Below are positions 1 to 7,585 of a stretch of 26,051 nt of DNA, in pieces. A program made the position numbers and the translations under genes. The DNA comes from a virus. Its lineage: Duplodnaviria > Caudoviricetes. Every line of letters begins with the position of its first letter. The first letter of the stretch is position 1. The notes under the pieces are model-generated. The model was not told where the DNA came from. It made no database searches and saw only the letters and a list, made by a program, of their open reading frames with translations. The stretch lies in the IMG/VR virus record IMGVR_UViG_3300020042_003994, positions 1 through 26,051 of that record. One strand, given 5' to 3'.

Positions 1-2
1 AC

Positions 3-74
3 AACGAGTGCAACATCCGCATCGACTGGGGTGTTGATGGTGGCATATACAAAGTGGAGTGGCAAAATGAATGA
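3..74 (+). CDS. Partial hypothetical protein (3' end: ...NECNIRIDWGVDGGIYKVEWQNE*)
   Basis: Open frame from the window edge to TGA 72-74, overlapping the ATG at 67 of the next gene, as seen throughout this operon. Confidence 0.55.
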   Translation, partial: NECNIRIDWGVDGGIYKVEWQNE

Positions 75-279
75 AGAAGACGAAGCATTTGCAGAGATTG
101 AGCGCAAGCAAAACTGGCGGGTAGAAGATAACGTGCGCCGCGAGGCGCAGCAGAAAGCCTTTAACTTTGTGATGGACATGGGCAGCATCGACTTAGGCAG
201 CATGACGCTACAGCGAGCCTATGAGATCGGCTATCGTGCAGGGGTGTATGCAGAGCAGAGGAAGCATGGAAAAGACTGA
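67..279 (+). CDS. Hypothetical phage protein (70 aa)
   Basis: GGAG at 56-59, 7 nt before ATG 67; overlaps both neighbours; MNEEDEAFAEIERK start. Confidence 0.7.
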   Translation: MNEEDEAFAEIERKQNWRVEDNVRREAQQKAFNFVMDMGSIDLGSMTLQRAYEIGYRAGVYAEQRKHGKD

Positions 280-592
280 CATACCAAAATTCACAACGAT
301 TAAAGGCTCAACGGTAGCAAAGGTTTTGCAGGCGGTTGGTCGTGCTACAACAAGTGCGTTAGTGAAGCTAACGGGTAGACCCGTCAGGTCTGTGCTGTCT
401 ACGGTCAAATCATTGCATAGCCAAAGCAAGATTCACATCGGCAGCTACGAGCTTAGTGGTCGTGGCAAGGTATCAAGGGTATGGTACTGGGGTGACGGTG
501 ACGATGCACGAGAACCTGTAGATAGCAACGGCAAGCCAACATTTATCCCCCGCCCCGATGCGGCAGCAGCATGGTTAAGGAACCCGATATGA
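266..592 (+). CDS. Putative winged-HTH DNA-binding phage protein
   Basis: ATG 266 after AGAGGA; HTH-like TTSALVKLTGRPVRSVLSTVKSLH followed by a wing KIHIGSY...RVWYWGDG; ATGA overlap with the next gene. Confidence 0.6.
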   Translation: MEKTDIPKFTTIKGSTVAKVLQAVGRATTSALVKLTGRPVRSVLSTVKSLHSQSKIHIGSYELSGRGKVSRVWYWGDGDDAREPVDSNGKPTFIPRPDAAAAWLRNPI

Positions 593-876
593 AAAACGAA
601 GAATTAGGTAACCACATCAAGAAACTTGTAGACAACTACAAGGAACGAGAAGGCATTACGACACGGGCTAACGAGCAACAGGTAGGTGGCGCACACTACG
701 CAGTCAAAGCCATTCAGCCGTGGGACTACATTATTGCAAACGACCTTGGCTATCTTGAAGGTAATGTTGTAAAGTACGTATCCCGTTGGAAAGACAAGGG
801 CGGTATCGAAGACTTAAAAAAAGCACAGCACTACTTGCAGAAGTTAATTGAAGTCACGGAGAAAGCTAATGGATGA
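589..876 (+). CDS. DUF3310 family protein (SaV-like / T7 gp1.7-like nucleotide kinase domain)
   Basis: Signature QVGGAHY...IQPWDYI...GYLEGNVVKYVSRWKDKGGIEDLKKAQHYL; AAGGA upstream and ATGA coupling. Confidence 0.88.
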   Translation: MKNEELGNHIKKLVDNYKEREGITTRANEQQVGGAHYAVKAIQPWDYIIANDLGYLEGNVVKYVSRWKDKGGIEDLKKAQHYLQKLIEVTEKANG

Positions 877-1072
877 CGAAGACCTGCGCGACTTGTTTGC
901 GGGTATGGCGTTGCAAGGATTGGCTAGTAGAGGTGTCATGGATGGGAGTGAACCGCGTGTTGCTACGTGGTGTTATGTCCTAGCCGATGCAATGATCGAA
1001 GCCAAGTACGCAACACCCGAAGTAGGTATTGCCGCAGTTAAAAAACCACGTAAAACCAAGGAACAACTATGA
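869..1072 (+). CDS. Conserved small phage protein (LRDxFAxxAxQG...YxxADAM family)
   Basis: Motif LRDLFAGMALQGL...CYVLADAMIEA is common in proteobacterial phages; GGAG upstream. Confidence 0.75.
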   Translation: MDDEDLRDLFAGMALQGLASRGVMDGSEPRVATWCYVLADAMIEAKYATPEVGIAAVKKPRKTKEQL

Positions 1073-1218
1073 TCTACAGAACACTAACGGACAAAGAACT
1101 CATCCACGCCGCTGACAACGACCCACCCTCAAAAGAGTTGCAACAAGAACTGGCTAACCGCCTGTGGGATGCGCTGCACAGAATGCGCGAAGGGGAAGCA
1201 CGTGGCACTAACCCCTGA
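1069..1218 (+). CDS. Small hypothetical protein, 49 aa (MIYRTLTDKELIHAADNDPPSKELQQELANRLWDALHRMREGEARGTNP); not in the ORF track
   Basis: ATGA overlap at 1069-1072, AAGGA RBS at 1058-1062, fills the gap to the next gene, TGA 1216-1218. Confidence 0.7.
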   Translation: MIYRTLTDKELIHAADNDPPSKELQQELANRLWDALHRMREGEARGTNP

Positions 1219-1486
1219 GGGTAAGGTTAAGGCGCGGGTCAGGCGCATGTTAGACGCAGCCAGTGTGTACCACTTCATGCCCGCCACAGGTGGGTATGGT
1301 CGCTCAGGCGTGCCTGATCTTGTCGGGTGTTGCAACGGCAAGTTCTTTGCTATCGAATGCAAGGCGGGTAAAGGCAAGACCACAGCCCTGCAAGAAAACG
1401 AATTGCGCAAGATCAAAGAAGCAGGTGGCATCGCCTTGGTCATCAACGAAGACAACATCATGGATGTGAGTTTGATATGGACATAG
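1202..1486 (+). CDS. VRR-NUC domain nuclease (Holliday junction resolvase-like)
   Basis: GTG start giving MALTPEGKVK; PD-(D/E)XK motif GVPDLV...FAIECKAGKG...LQ; typical phage VRR-NUC length. Confidence 0.88.
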   Translation: MALTPEGKVKARVRRMLDAASVYHFMPATGGYGRSGVPDLVGCCNGKFFAIECKAGKGKTTALQENELRKIKEAGGIALVINEDNIMDVSLIWT

Positions 1487-3354
1487 TTGTGCTCGACTTT
1501 GAAACGTATTACGACAACGCCTACAGCCTAAGCAAGATGACCACGGAAGAGTACATCCACGACCTTCGATTTGAAGTGATCGGCTTTGCCTATAGGCGCA
1601 ACGATGAGCCTACCGTGTGGGTGTCAGGGCGCAACGAGTCCGAGGTGAGCTATGTTCTTGATTCAATTGATTGGGCTAACACCGCGCTTGTGGCGCACAA
1701 CGCAGCGTTTGATGCGGGCATACTGGCGTTCAGGTACAACATTCACCCCAAGGTCCTTATAGACACCCTGAGCATGGGGCGTGCAGCCTTGGGTGTAGAT
1801 GCGAGCGTATCCCTTGCAAGTATGTCCACGCACTACAAGGTGGGCGTAAAAGGCACGGAAGTGCTAGATGCTAAAGGCAAGCACATAGAAGATTTCACCC
1901 CACTAGAGCTAGTTTATTACGGCAACTACTGCGTCAATGATGTGATCCTAGCCCGTGCAATCTTTGATCGCATGATGGATGATGGCTTTCCACAGCCGGA
2001 ACTTAAGCTCATTGATATGACCATCAGGATGTTTACCCGCCCCCTGCTTGAGCTTGATGTAGCCATGCTCAATGTGCACTTGGTCGAGGTCAAAGAGTCT
2101 AAGCGCACGCACTTGATTAACACGCTCAAAGCGGTCGGGCGTGATGACCTAGCAGCGGTAGCCATCGTGGGTGGCACGGATCACGAACACGTGCAGAAAG
2201 CCCTGCGATCCAGTGCGCAGTTTGCAGCCATGCTAGAGGGGCTAGGCGTGGATGCACCGATGAAGGTAAGCCCCACTACGGGCAAGCCTACGTTCGCCTT
2301 TGCTAAGACCGATGAGGGGTTCCGTGCATTGCTTGAGCATGACGATGTGCGGGTGCAGATTGTGTGCGCAGCACGGCTTGGGCTTAAATCCACGCTTGAG
2401 GAAACCCGCACCCAACGCTTCATCAGTATGGGTGGGCGTGGCAATCTTGCAATCCCCCTGCGCTATGCAGGTGCGAGAACCTACCGATGGTCGGGCGCTG
2501 ACAGCGTGAACCTACAGAACCTACCACGCAAGTCCAAGATTAAAGAGGCTATCCGTGCACCTGAAGGCTACACCATCGTGGGTGCGGACTTATCCAACAT
2601 CGAACTACGTGTGGGTTTGTGGTTAGCCGGGCAGATGGATAAGCTGCGTGCCTTGGGTGAGGGGCGTGATCTGTACAAAGATTTCGCATCTACGGTGTTT
2701 GGTGTGCCCTACGACGAGGTGACAGACGATCAGCGGTTCATCGGCAAGACCTCGCAACTATCCTTAATTTACGGGGTCGGGGCTAAAAAGCTACGTGCAG
2801 CAATCAAGTCGGGGTCAAAGGTTGACATTGGTGAGGCTGAGAGTCAGCGTATCGTGAGCTTATATCGGCAGGAGTATGTGCACGTAAAGGCTGCATGGGA
2901 TCACGGCGAACGTGCGCTTACCGCAGTGCACCAAAACAAAGAGATGAGCTACGGTAGGCGCGGGCTTGTACAGGTTTTAGGTGAAGAAGGTGTGCGGCTA
3001 CCCTCTGAATTAGTCCTGCGCTACCCCAAGCTGTGCCGTATCACGGTAGAGGATAAGACCAACTGGGCGTACATCACCCGCAAGGGGCAGGAGTTCATCT
3101 ACGGAGCTAAATTCTTTCAAGGTGTGGTGCAGTCGCTAGCTAGGTGCGTGATCGGTGAGAGCATGATCCGTATTGATCGGCGTTACCCTACGTTGCTTAC
3201 CATTCACGATGCGGACTACGTGCTTGCACTTGACAAAGATGTTGAAGCTGCAAAGTCCTTTGTGTATACTGAAATGTGTAAAGCACCGAAGTGGATGCCT
3301 GATATACCCTTAAATGCCACAGTTAAATCCGGCAAAACCCTAGCGGAATGTTGA
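1477..3354 (+). CDS. polA: Phage DNA polymerase, family A, with 3'-5' exonuclease domain
   Basis: Exo I LDFETY, Exo II AHNAAFD, Exo III YCVND; NLQNLPR; motif A DLSNIELR, motif B RFIGKTSQLSLIYG, motif C TIHD. Confidence 0.95.
   Translation: MDIVVLDFETYYDNAYSLSKMTTEEYIHDLRFEVIGFAYRRNDEPTVWVSGRNESEVSYVLDSIDWANTALVAHNAAFDAGILAFRYNIHPKVLIDTLSMGRAALGVDASVSLASMSTHYKVGVKGTEVLDAKGKHIEDFTPLELVYYGNYCVNDVILARAIFDRMMDDGFPQPELKLIDMTIRMFTRPLLELDVAMLNVHLVEVKESKRTHLINTLKAVGRDDLAAVAIVGGTDHEHVQKALRSSAQFAAMLEGLGVDAPMKVSPTTGKPTFAFAKTDEGFRALLEHDDVRVQIVCAARLGLKSTLEETRTQRFISMGGRGNLAIPLRYAGARTYRWSGADSVNLQNLPRKSKIKEAIRAPEGYTIVGADLSNIELRVGLWLAGQMDKLRALGEGRDLYKDFASTVFGVPYDEVTDDQRFIGKTSQLSLIYGVGAKKLRAAIKSGSKVDIGEAESQRIVSLYRQEYVHVKAAWDHGERALTAVHQNKEMSYGRRGLVQVLGEEGVRLPSELVLRYPKLCRITVEDKTNWAYITRKGQEFIYGAKFFQGVVQSLARCVIGESMIRIDRRYPTLLTIHDADYVLALDKDVEAAKSFVYTEMCKAPKWMPDIPLNATVKSGKTLAEC
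3242..3270 (+). promoter_or_regulatory. Possible internal sigma70 promoter near the end of polA (TTGAAG-N17-TATACT)
   Basis: 4/6 and 5/6 consensus matches with a 17-nt spacer, ~85 nt upstream of the exonuclease ATG; lies in coding sequence, so it may be chance. Confidence 0.3.
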
Positions 3355-3355
3355 T

Positions 3356-4033
3356 ATGGACAAAGCAGTAGCATGGTCGTATTCTGCGCTTAAAACTTTT
3401 CAGTCGTGCCCCAAAAAATACTACCACCTGAAAGTTGTTAAAGACGTAAAAGAGTCAGCCTCACAGATCATGCTGTACGGCATTGCGGCGCATAAAGCTG
3501 CTGAGTTGTATATCAGAGATGACGTGCCACTGGCATCGCAGTACAGCTATATGCAGGAGCAGCTAGACCGCTTAAAAGCAATTGAGGGTGAGAAGCTGTG
3601 TGAGTTGAAGTTTGGGTTGACTGCGGCGATGGAACCCACAGGATTCTTTGCCAAGGATGTGTGGTTGCGTGGTGCGGTTGACCTGCTCATTATCAACCAC
3701 GACAAAGGCACAGCACGCATGATCGACTACAAGTTTGGTAAATCTAAGAACGCCGATAGCAGTCAGTTGCACCTCATGTCGTTAGCAGTGTTTAAGCTGT
3801 ACCCGCACGTGAAGTCCGTCAAGGCAGGGTTGTTGTTCTGCCAAGAAGACAAGCTAGTACCCACCAAGTACGCAGCAGTTGATGCACCGACTATGTGGAT
3901 GGATTGGCTACCAGAAGTGCAGCGCCTTGAGGGTGCGTACAAGCACGGTGTGTGGAACGCAAGCCCATCGGGTTTGTGCCGTGGGTGGTGTCCTGTCACA
4001 AGTTGCGAACATTATGAACCACGGAGAACGTAA
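3356..4033 (+). CDS. PD-(D/E)XK exonuclease, Cas4/AddB-like, with probable 4Fe-4S Cys ligands
   Basis: WSYS..K.F..CPKKY, G...H, RGAVDL...MIDYKFGK, QL; C-terminal CRGWCPVTSC completes four Cys. Confidence 0.88.
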   Translation: MDKAVAWSYSALKTFQSCPKKYYHLKVVKDVKESASQIMLYGIAAHKAAELYIRDDVPLASQYSYMQEQLDRLKAIEGEKLCELKFGLTAAMEPTGFFAKDVWLRGAVDLLIINHDKGTARMIDYKFGKSKNADSSQLHLMSLAVFKLYPHVKSVKAGLLFCQEDKLVPTKYAAVDAPTMWMDWLPEVQRLEGAYKHGVWNASPSGLCRGWCPVTSCEHYEPRRT

Positions 4034-4332
4034 TGCCATACAAGAACAAAGAAGACCGTAATTACAAACGCGAGTATGCGCTGTACCACGGCAAGCCTGA
4101 GCAGATCAAAGAACGCGATGAGCGTAACAAAGCTCGTACCACCTTGGTCAAAGCGGGTAAGCTGCGCAAGGGTGATGGCAAGGACGCCGCACACGTGAAG
4201 GCTGTCGATAAGGGCGGCTCAATCAAAGACGGTATCAAGGTTGAAGATTCAAATAGCAATCGGTCATTTAAACGTGACTCGAAAGGCAACTTAGTATCAG
4301 AAGTTAGCAAGCGCGAACGTAAGAAGAAGTAA
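4033..4332 (+). CDS. HNH-like small basic protein (putative endonuclease)
   Basis: GDGKDAAHVKAVDKGGS...SNSNRS resembles the DxDHxxPLxKGG...N..NR HNH core; TAATG coupling. Confidence 0.65.
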   Translation: MPYKNKEDRNYKREYALYHGKPEQIKERDERNKARTTLVKAGKLRKGDGKDAAHVKAVDKGGSIKDGIKVEDSNSNRSFKRDSKGNLVSEVSKRERKKK

Positions 4333-4338
4333 ATAATC

Positions 4339-4396
4339 CGTAGACACATAGTGTCTACGCGTAGTTCTCAGACCGTGCACATTGTGCTTTCGGTCT
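4339..4396 (+). promoter_or_regulatory. Two tandem stem-loops in the helicase leader
   Basis: CGTAGACAC-ata-GTGTCTACG (4339-4359, perfect 9 bp), then AGACCG-t-GCAC-att-GTGC-ttt-CGGTCT (4370-4396), just 5' of the GGAG RBS at 4407-4410. Confidence 0.6.
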
Positions 4397-4414
4397 ACTT
4401 TGCATCGGAGCCGT

Positions 4415-5968
4415 ATGGAAGTCATTGAAAATCGAGCGTTGAAATTACGTCTGCGAAACCCCGCTAGGGTGCTGAACGTCATACCAAAGAGTGCAATTGT
4501 TGATGAGGTTGATGGGTTGTACGAAGTGCTAGTGCATTGGGATATAGACACCGCACAGGTGTTAAAGAACCTGAATATCCGCAACGTACCGTCACCCATC
4601 ATTGCCAAGTACAAGTGGACAGGCACGCGCCCACCCTTCGCGCATCAGAAGCAAACCGCAGCATTTCTCACTCTCAATCGCAGAGCCTTTTGTTTTAACG
4701 AACAAGGCACTGCTAAGACTGCTTCCGCTATCTGGGCAGCGGACTACCTGATGAACATAGGGCGCATCAAGCGCGTACTGGTGATCTGCCCTGTGTCGGT
4801 TATGCAAGCCACATGGGTAAGTGATTTGTTCTTGTGCGTCATGCACCGCACCGTGTCTATTGCGCATGGTAGCAGTGACAAGCGCAAGAAGATTCTGCAA
4901 GCCAATACGGAGTTTGTCATCATCAACTTTGATGGTGTTGCAGTCATACAGAAAGAACTGATGGCATGTGCCTTCGACCTTATCATCATTGACGAAGCCA
5001 ACGCTGTGAAGACTGCTACGACTGAACGATGGAAGCAAATCAATAAATTAATTCGACCCGACACTTGGGTATGGATGATGACGGGCACACCTGCCTCACA
5101 GTCACCGCTTGATGCGTTTGGTTTAGTCAAGATGATGCACCCAAGCACCGCGCCTAGATCGTTTGGTATGTTCCGTGATTCTGTAATGTCTAAGATTACA
5201 AACTTCAAATGGATACCCAAGCCTACCGCGATCACTACGGTCAACAATTTGCTACAACCCGCAATACGGTTTACCAAAGAGCAGTGCCTAGACTTGCCCG
5301 ACATTATCTACACGACTCGCGAAGTGCCGCTCACGCGCCAACAGAAAAAGATGTATGACGATTTGCGCAAGAACCTAGCCGTGCTTGCAGCAGGTGAAAT
5401 CATCTCTGCGGTCAACGCAGCAGCGGGGCTTAACAAGCTGCTACAGATCAGTTGTGGCGCGGTGTACACCGATGACCACCAGACCGTAGAGCTTGATATA
5501 CGCCCGCGCTACGATGTGTTGCGCGAAGTAATTGATGACACGCCACACAAGGTGTTGGTCTTCGTGCCCTACACGCACACCATAGAACTACTGCTAGAGA
5601 AGCTTGCCGCTGACGGGTATACGGTTGATACCATACATGGGGGCATCACCCCAACAAAACGCGCAGTGGTTATTAAAACGTTTCAAGAGCAAGCGAACCC
5701 CAAGGTGCTAGTCATCCAACCACAAGCAGCCTCCCACGGGATTACCCTACATGCGGCAAACACTATTGTGTGGTGGGGTCCAATCATGTCGTATGAAACC
5801 TACGCACAAGCCAATGCGCGTATCCACCGCGCAGGGCAAAAGAACAAGTGCTTGGTCGTAAAACTACAGGGTAGTCCCGTAGAGGTGCAGCGTTACAAGG
5901 CACTTGATAATTGTGAAGATACTAATGTAAGCTTACTAGCCCTATACGAGGAGATCATCAATAGCTAA
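4415..5968 (+). CDS. SNF2-family (superfamily II) helicase
   Basis: PFAHQ Q-motif, NEQGTAKT (motif I), VICPVS (Ia), IIIDEAN (II), MTGTP (III), SHGITL (V), QANARIHRAGQ (VI); GGAG RBS before ATG 4415. Confidence 0.93.
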   Translation: MEVIENRALKLRLRNPARVLNVIPKSAIVDEVDGLYEVLVHWDIDTAQVLKNLNIRNVPSPIIAKYKWTGTRPPFAHQKQTAAFLTLNRRAFCFNEQGTAKTASAIWAADYLMNIGRIKRVLVICPVSVMQATWVSDLFLCVMHRTVSIAHGSSDKRKKILQANTEFVIINFDGVAVIQKELMACAFDLIIIDEANAVKTATTERWKQINKLIRPDTWVWMMTGTPASQSPLDAFGLVKMMHPSTAPRSFGMFRDSVMSKITNFKWIPKPTAITTVNNLLQPAIRFTKEQCLDLPDIIYTTREVPLTRQQKKMYDDLRKNLAVLAAGEIISAVNAAAGLNKLLQISCGAVYTDDHQTVELDIRPRYDVLREVIDDTPHKVLVFVPYTHTIELLLEKLAADGYTVDTIHGGITPTKRAVVIKTFQEQANPKVLVIQPQAASHGITLHAANTIVWWGPIMSYETYAQANARIHRAGQKNKCLVVKLQGSPVEVQRYKALDNCEDTNVSLLALYEEIINS

Positions 5969-5971
5969 CAC

Positions 5972-6000
5972 TTGACAATGTAAATATAAACAATTACTAT
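5972..6000 (+). promoter_or_regulatory. Strong sigma70-type promoter TTGACA-N17-TACTAT
   Basis: Perfect -35 (5972-5977), 17-nt AT-rich spacer, -10 TACTAT (5995-6000); intergenic; GGAG at 6012-6015 and ATG 6022 follow. Confidence 0.85.
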
Positions 6001-6021
6001 AGCTACTCACTGGAGAATCAC

Positions 6022-6417
6022 ATGGACATAACCGCAGACAAAATGGTTAAAGCATATATAAAAATGCGTGACCACAGATCAGCACTAAAGGCGCAGTACG
6101 AGGATGAAGACGCTAGCGTTAAAGATCAGATGGCGTTTATTGAGACCGAGTTACTAGAGTTGTGCAAGACCGTTGGCACAGACGGACTAAAGACACAGTT
6201 TGGCACGGTATCACGTTCAGTCAAAACCCGCTATGACGCAACAGATTGGGAAGCGATGCACAAGTTTATCCTTGCGCAAAGCGCACCTGACTTGCTTGAG
6301 CGGCGTGTCGCACAACGTGCAATGAAAGAGTTTATTGAAAACAACCCTGAGCTTATGCCGCCCGGTTTGAATGTCACAAGCCAGTACGCCATAACCATCA
6401 CACGGAGTCGCAAGTGA
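6022..6417 (+). CDS. Conserved phage coiled-coil protein (Gam/gp157-like architecture; function uncertain)
   Basis: N-terminal coiled coil, then GLKTQFGTV...DWEAMHKFI...DLLERRV...PPGLNV, typical of the gene preceding SSB in such phages. Confidence 0.7.
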   Translation: MDITADKMVKAYIKMRDHRSALKAQYEDEDASVKDQMAFIETELLELCKTVGTDGLKTQFGTVSRSVKTRYDATDWEAMHKFILAQSAPDLLERRVAQRAMKEFIENNPELMPPGLNVTSQYAITITRSRK

Positions 6418-6638
6418 TGCTAGAACGCCCTATGACGACCACGCAGGTCGCACACGCAATGAACATAAGCAAGACCACTGTTGCAAACCTAGCAAAGAAA
6501 GCCGTAAACCCACTACCGTCAATTCGCATTGGCAAGCATTACCGTTTCTTTTTAAGTGACGTACGAAAGTATTTTGGCATTCCCGCCGACAAACTTGTAG
6601 AATCTATTTCCCAACCAACAGGAGTTACACATGAGTGA
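6414..6638 (+). CDS. Excisionase-like / HTH_17 (MerR-type) DNA-binding protein
   Basis: MTTTQVAHAMNISKTTVANLA...LPSIRIGKHYRF; GTGATG coupling (start at 6414 or 6417). Confidence 0.8.
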   Translation: MMLERPMTTTQVAHAMNISKTTVANLAKKAVNPLPSIRIGKHYRFFLSDVRKYFGIPADKLVESISQPTGVTHE

Positions 6639-7530
6639 TCTCAGTCTTTTTAATCCGGCGAAGCTACCCGCATACCTGAAAGGTATTACGATGGATGAAA
6701 CCACCCGCAATTTGATGGGTGGTGGCGGCTCAATACCCCGCATTTCTATTCGTGGCGGCGTGTTTCGTAAGATTGTGAACGGCGAAGAAGTCATGCAGAA
6801 CGACGACCGCGCTATGAACATTATCATTGTTAAGAGCGCCTCAAACGTACACCGCACGTTCTACGCAGGTACGTACAAAGAAGGTGAGAACGCCGCACCT
6901 GATTGTTGGTCATCAAACAACGAAACACCTGATGTTATTGTGCGCAATCCGCAAAGCCCGAAGTGCGCCACATGCCCACAGAACATCAAAGGTTCAGGTC
7001 AGGGCGATAGCCGTGCATGCCGCTTTACACGCCGCCTTGCTGTCGTGCTTGATAACGACATTGCAGGTGATGTGTTGCAACTCGCACTACCCGCACAGTC
7101 TATTTTTGGTAAGGGCGAGAAAGGTAAGCTGCCCCTTGAGGCATACGTTAAGTTTCTTGCAGGGCATAACCTGCCTGTAACGGCTGTGGTGACTGAGATG
7201 CGTTTTGACACCAACTCAGCAACACCTAAGCTGACGTTCAAACCTGTGCGCCCACTTGAGCAAGACGAGTACACCGCTGTAACCGAACGTGCGGATACCA
7301 CCGAGGCGTTAGCCGCGATCACCATGTCGTTTACTCCAAAATTGGATAAGCAAAGCTCCGGAGACGCAGAGTCAGATAGCGTAGCTGCTGCGGCTGCTGC
7401 CAAGCACGCCAAAGTAGATGCGCCTGAAGAGGACGCAGCGCCCGAAGCTGCTGCACCTAAGGTACGTGGCAAGACCAAGGCTGTTGACGTTAAGTCCGTG
7501 CTAGACAACTGGGCTGACGACGACGAGTAA
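6631..7530 (+). CDS. Putative single-stranded DNA-binding protein
   Basis: PRISIRGGVFR, PDCWS, CATCPQN..GSG...RACR, PKLTFKPVR; flexible Ala/acidic tail ending WADDDE; AGGAG RBS; located in the replication module. Confidence 0.75.
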   Translation: MSDLSLFNPAKLPAYLKGITMDETTRNLMGGGGSIPRISIRGGVFRKIVNGEEVMQNDDRAMNIIIVKSASNVHRTFYAGTYKEGENAAPDCWSSNNETPDVIVRNPQSPKCATCPQNIKGSGQGDSRACRFTRRLAVVLDNDIAGDVLQLALPAQSIFGKGEKGKLPLEAYVKFLAGHNLPVTAVVTEMRFDTNSATPKLTFKPVRPLEQDEYTAVTERADTTEALAAITMSFTPKLDKQSSGDAESDSVAAAAAAKHAKVDAPEEDAAPEAAAPKVRGKTKAVDVKSVLDNWADDDE

Positions 7531-7538
7531 GCACTGCG

Positions 7539-7569
7539 GGGTCACTGCGAAAGCAGTGACCCTATGTTT
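7539..7569 (+). terminator. Perfect 10-bp hairpin with GAAA tetraloop (weak terminator/attenuator or mRNA stabiliser)
   Basis: GGGTCACTGC-GAAA-GCAGTGACCC at 7539-7562, followed by TATGTTT, immediately after the ssb stop codon. Confidence 0.7.
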
Positions 7570-7585
7570 AACCTTGGAGATATAC

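Noticed and set aside
3230-3258. Perfect TTGACA inside polA
   Set aside because: No -10 at 16-18 nt (AAGTCC at 17 nt)
3356-4033. Cas4-like gene as a sign of CRISPR
   Set aside because: No repeat-spacer array or other cas genes were seen; solo Cas4-like nucleases are usual in phage replication modules
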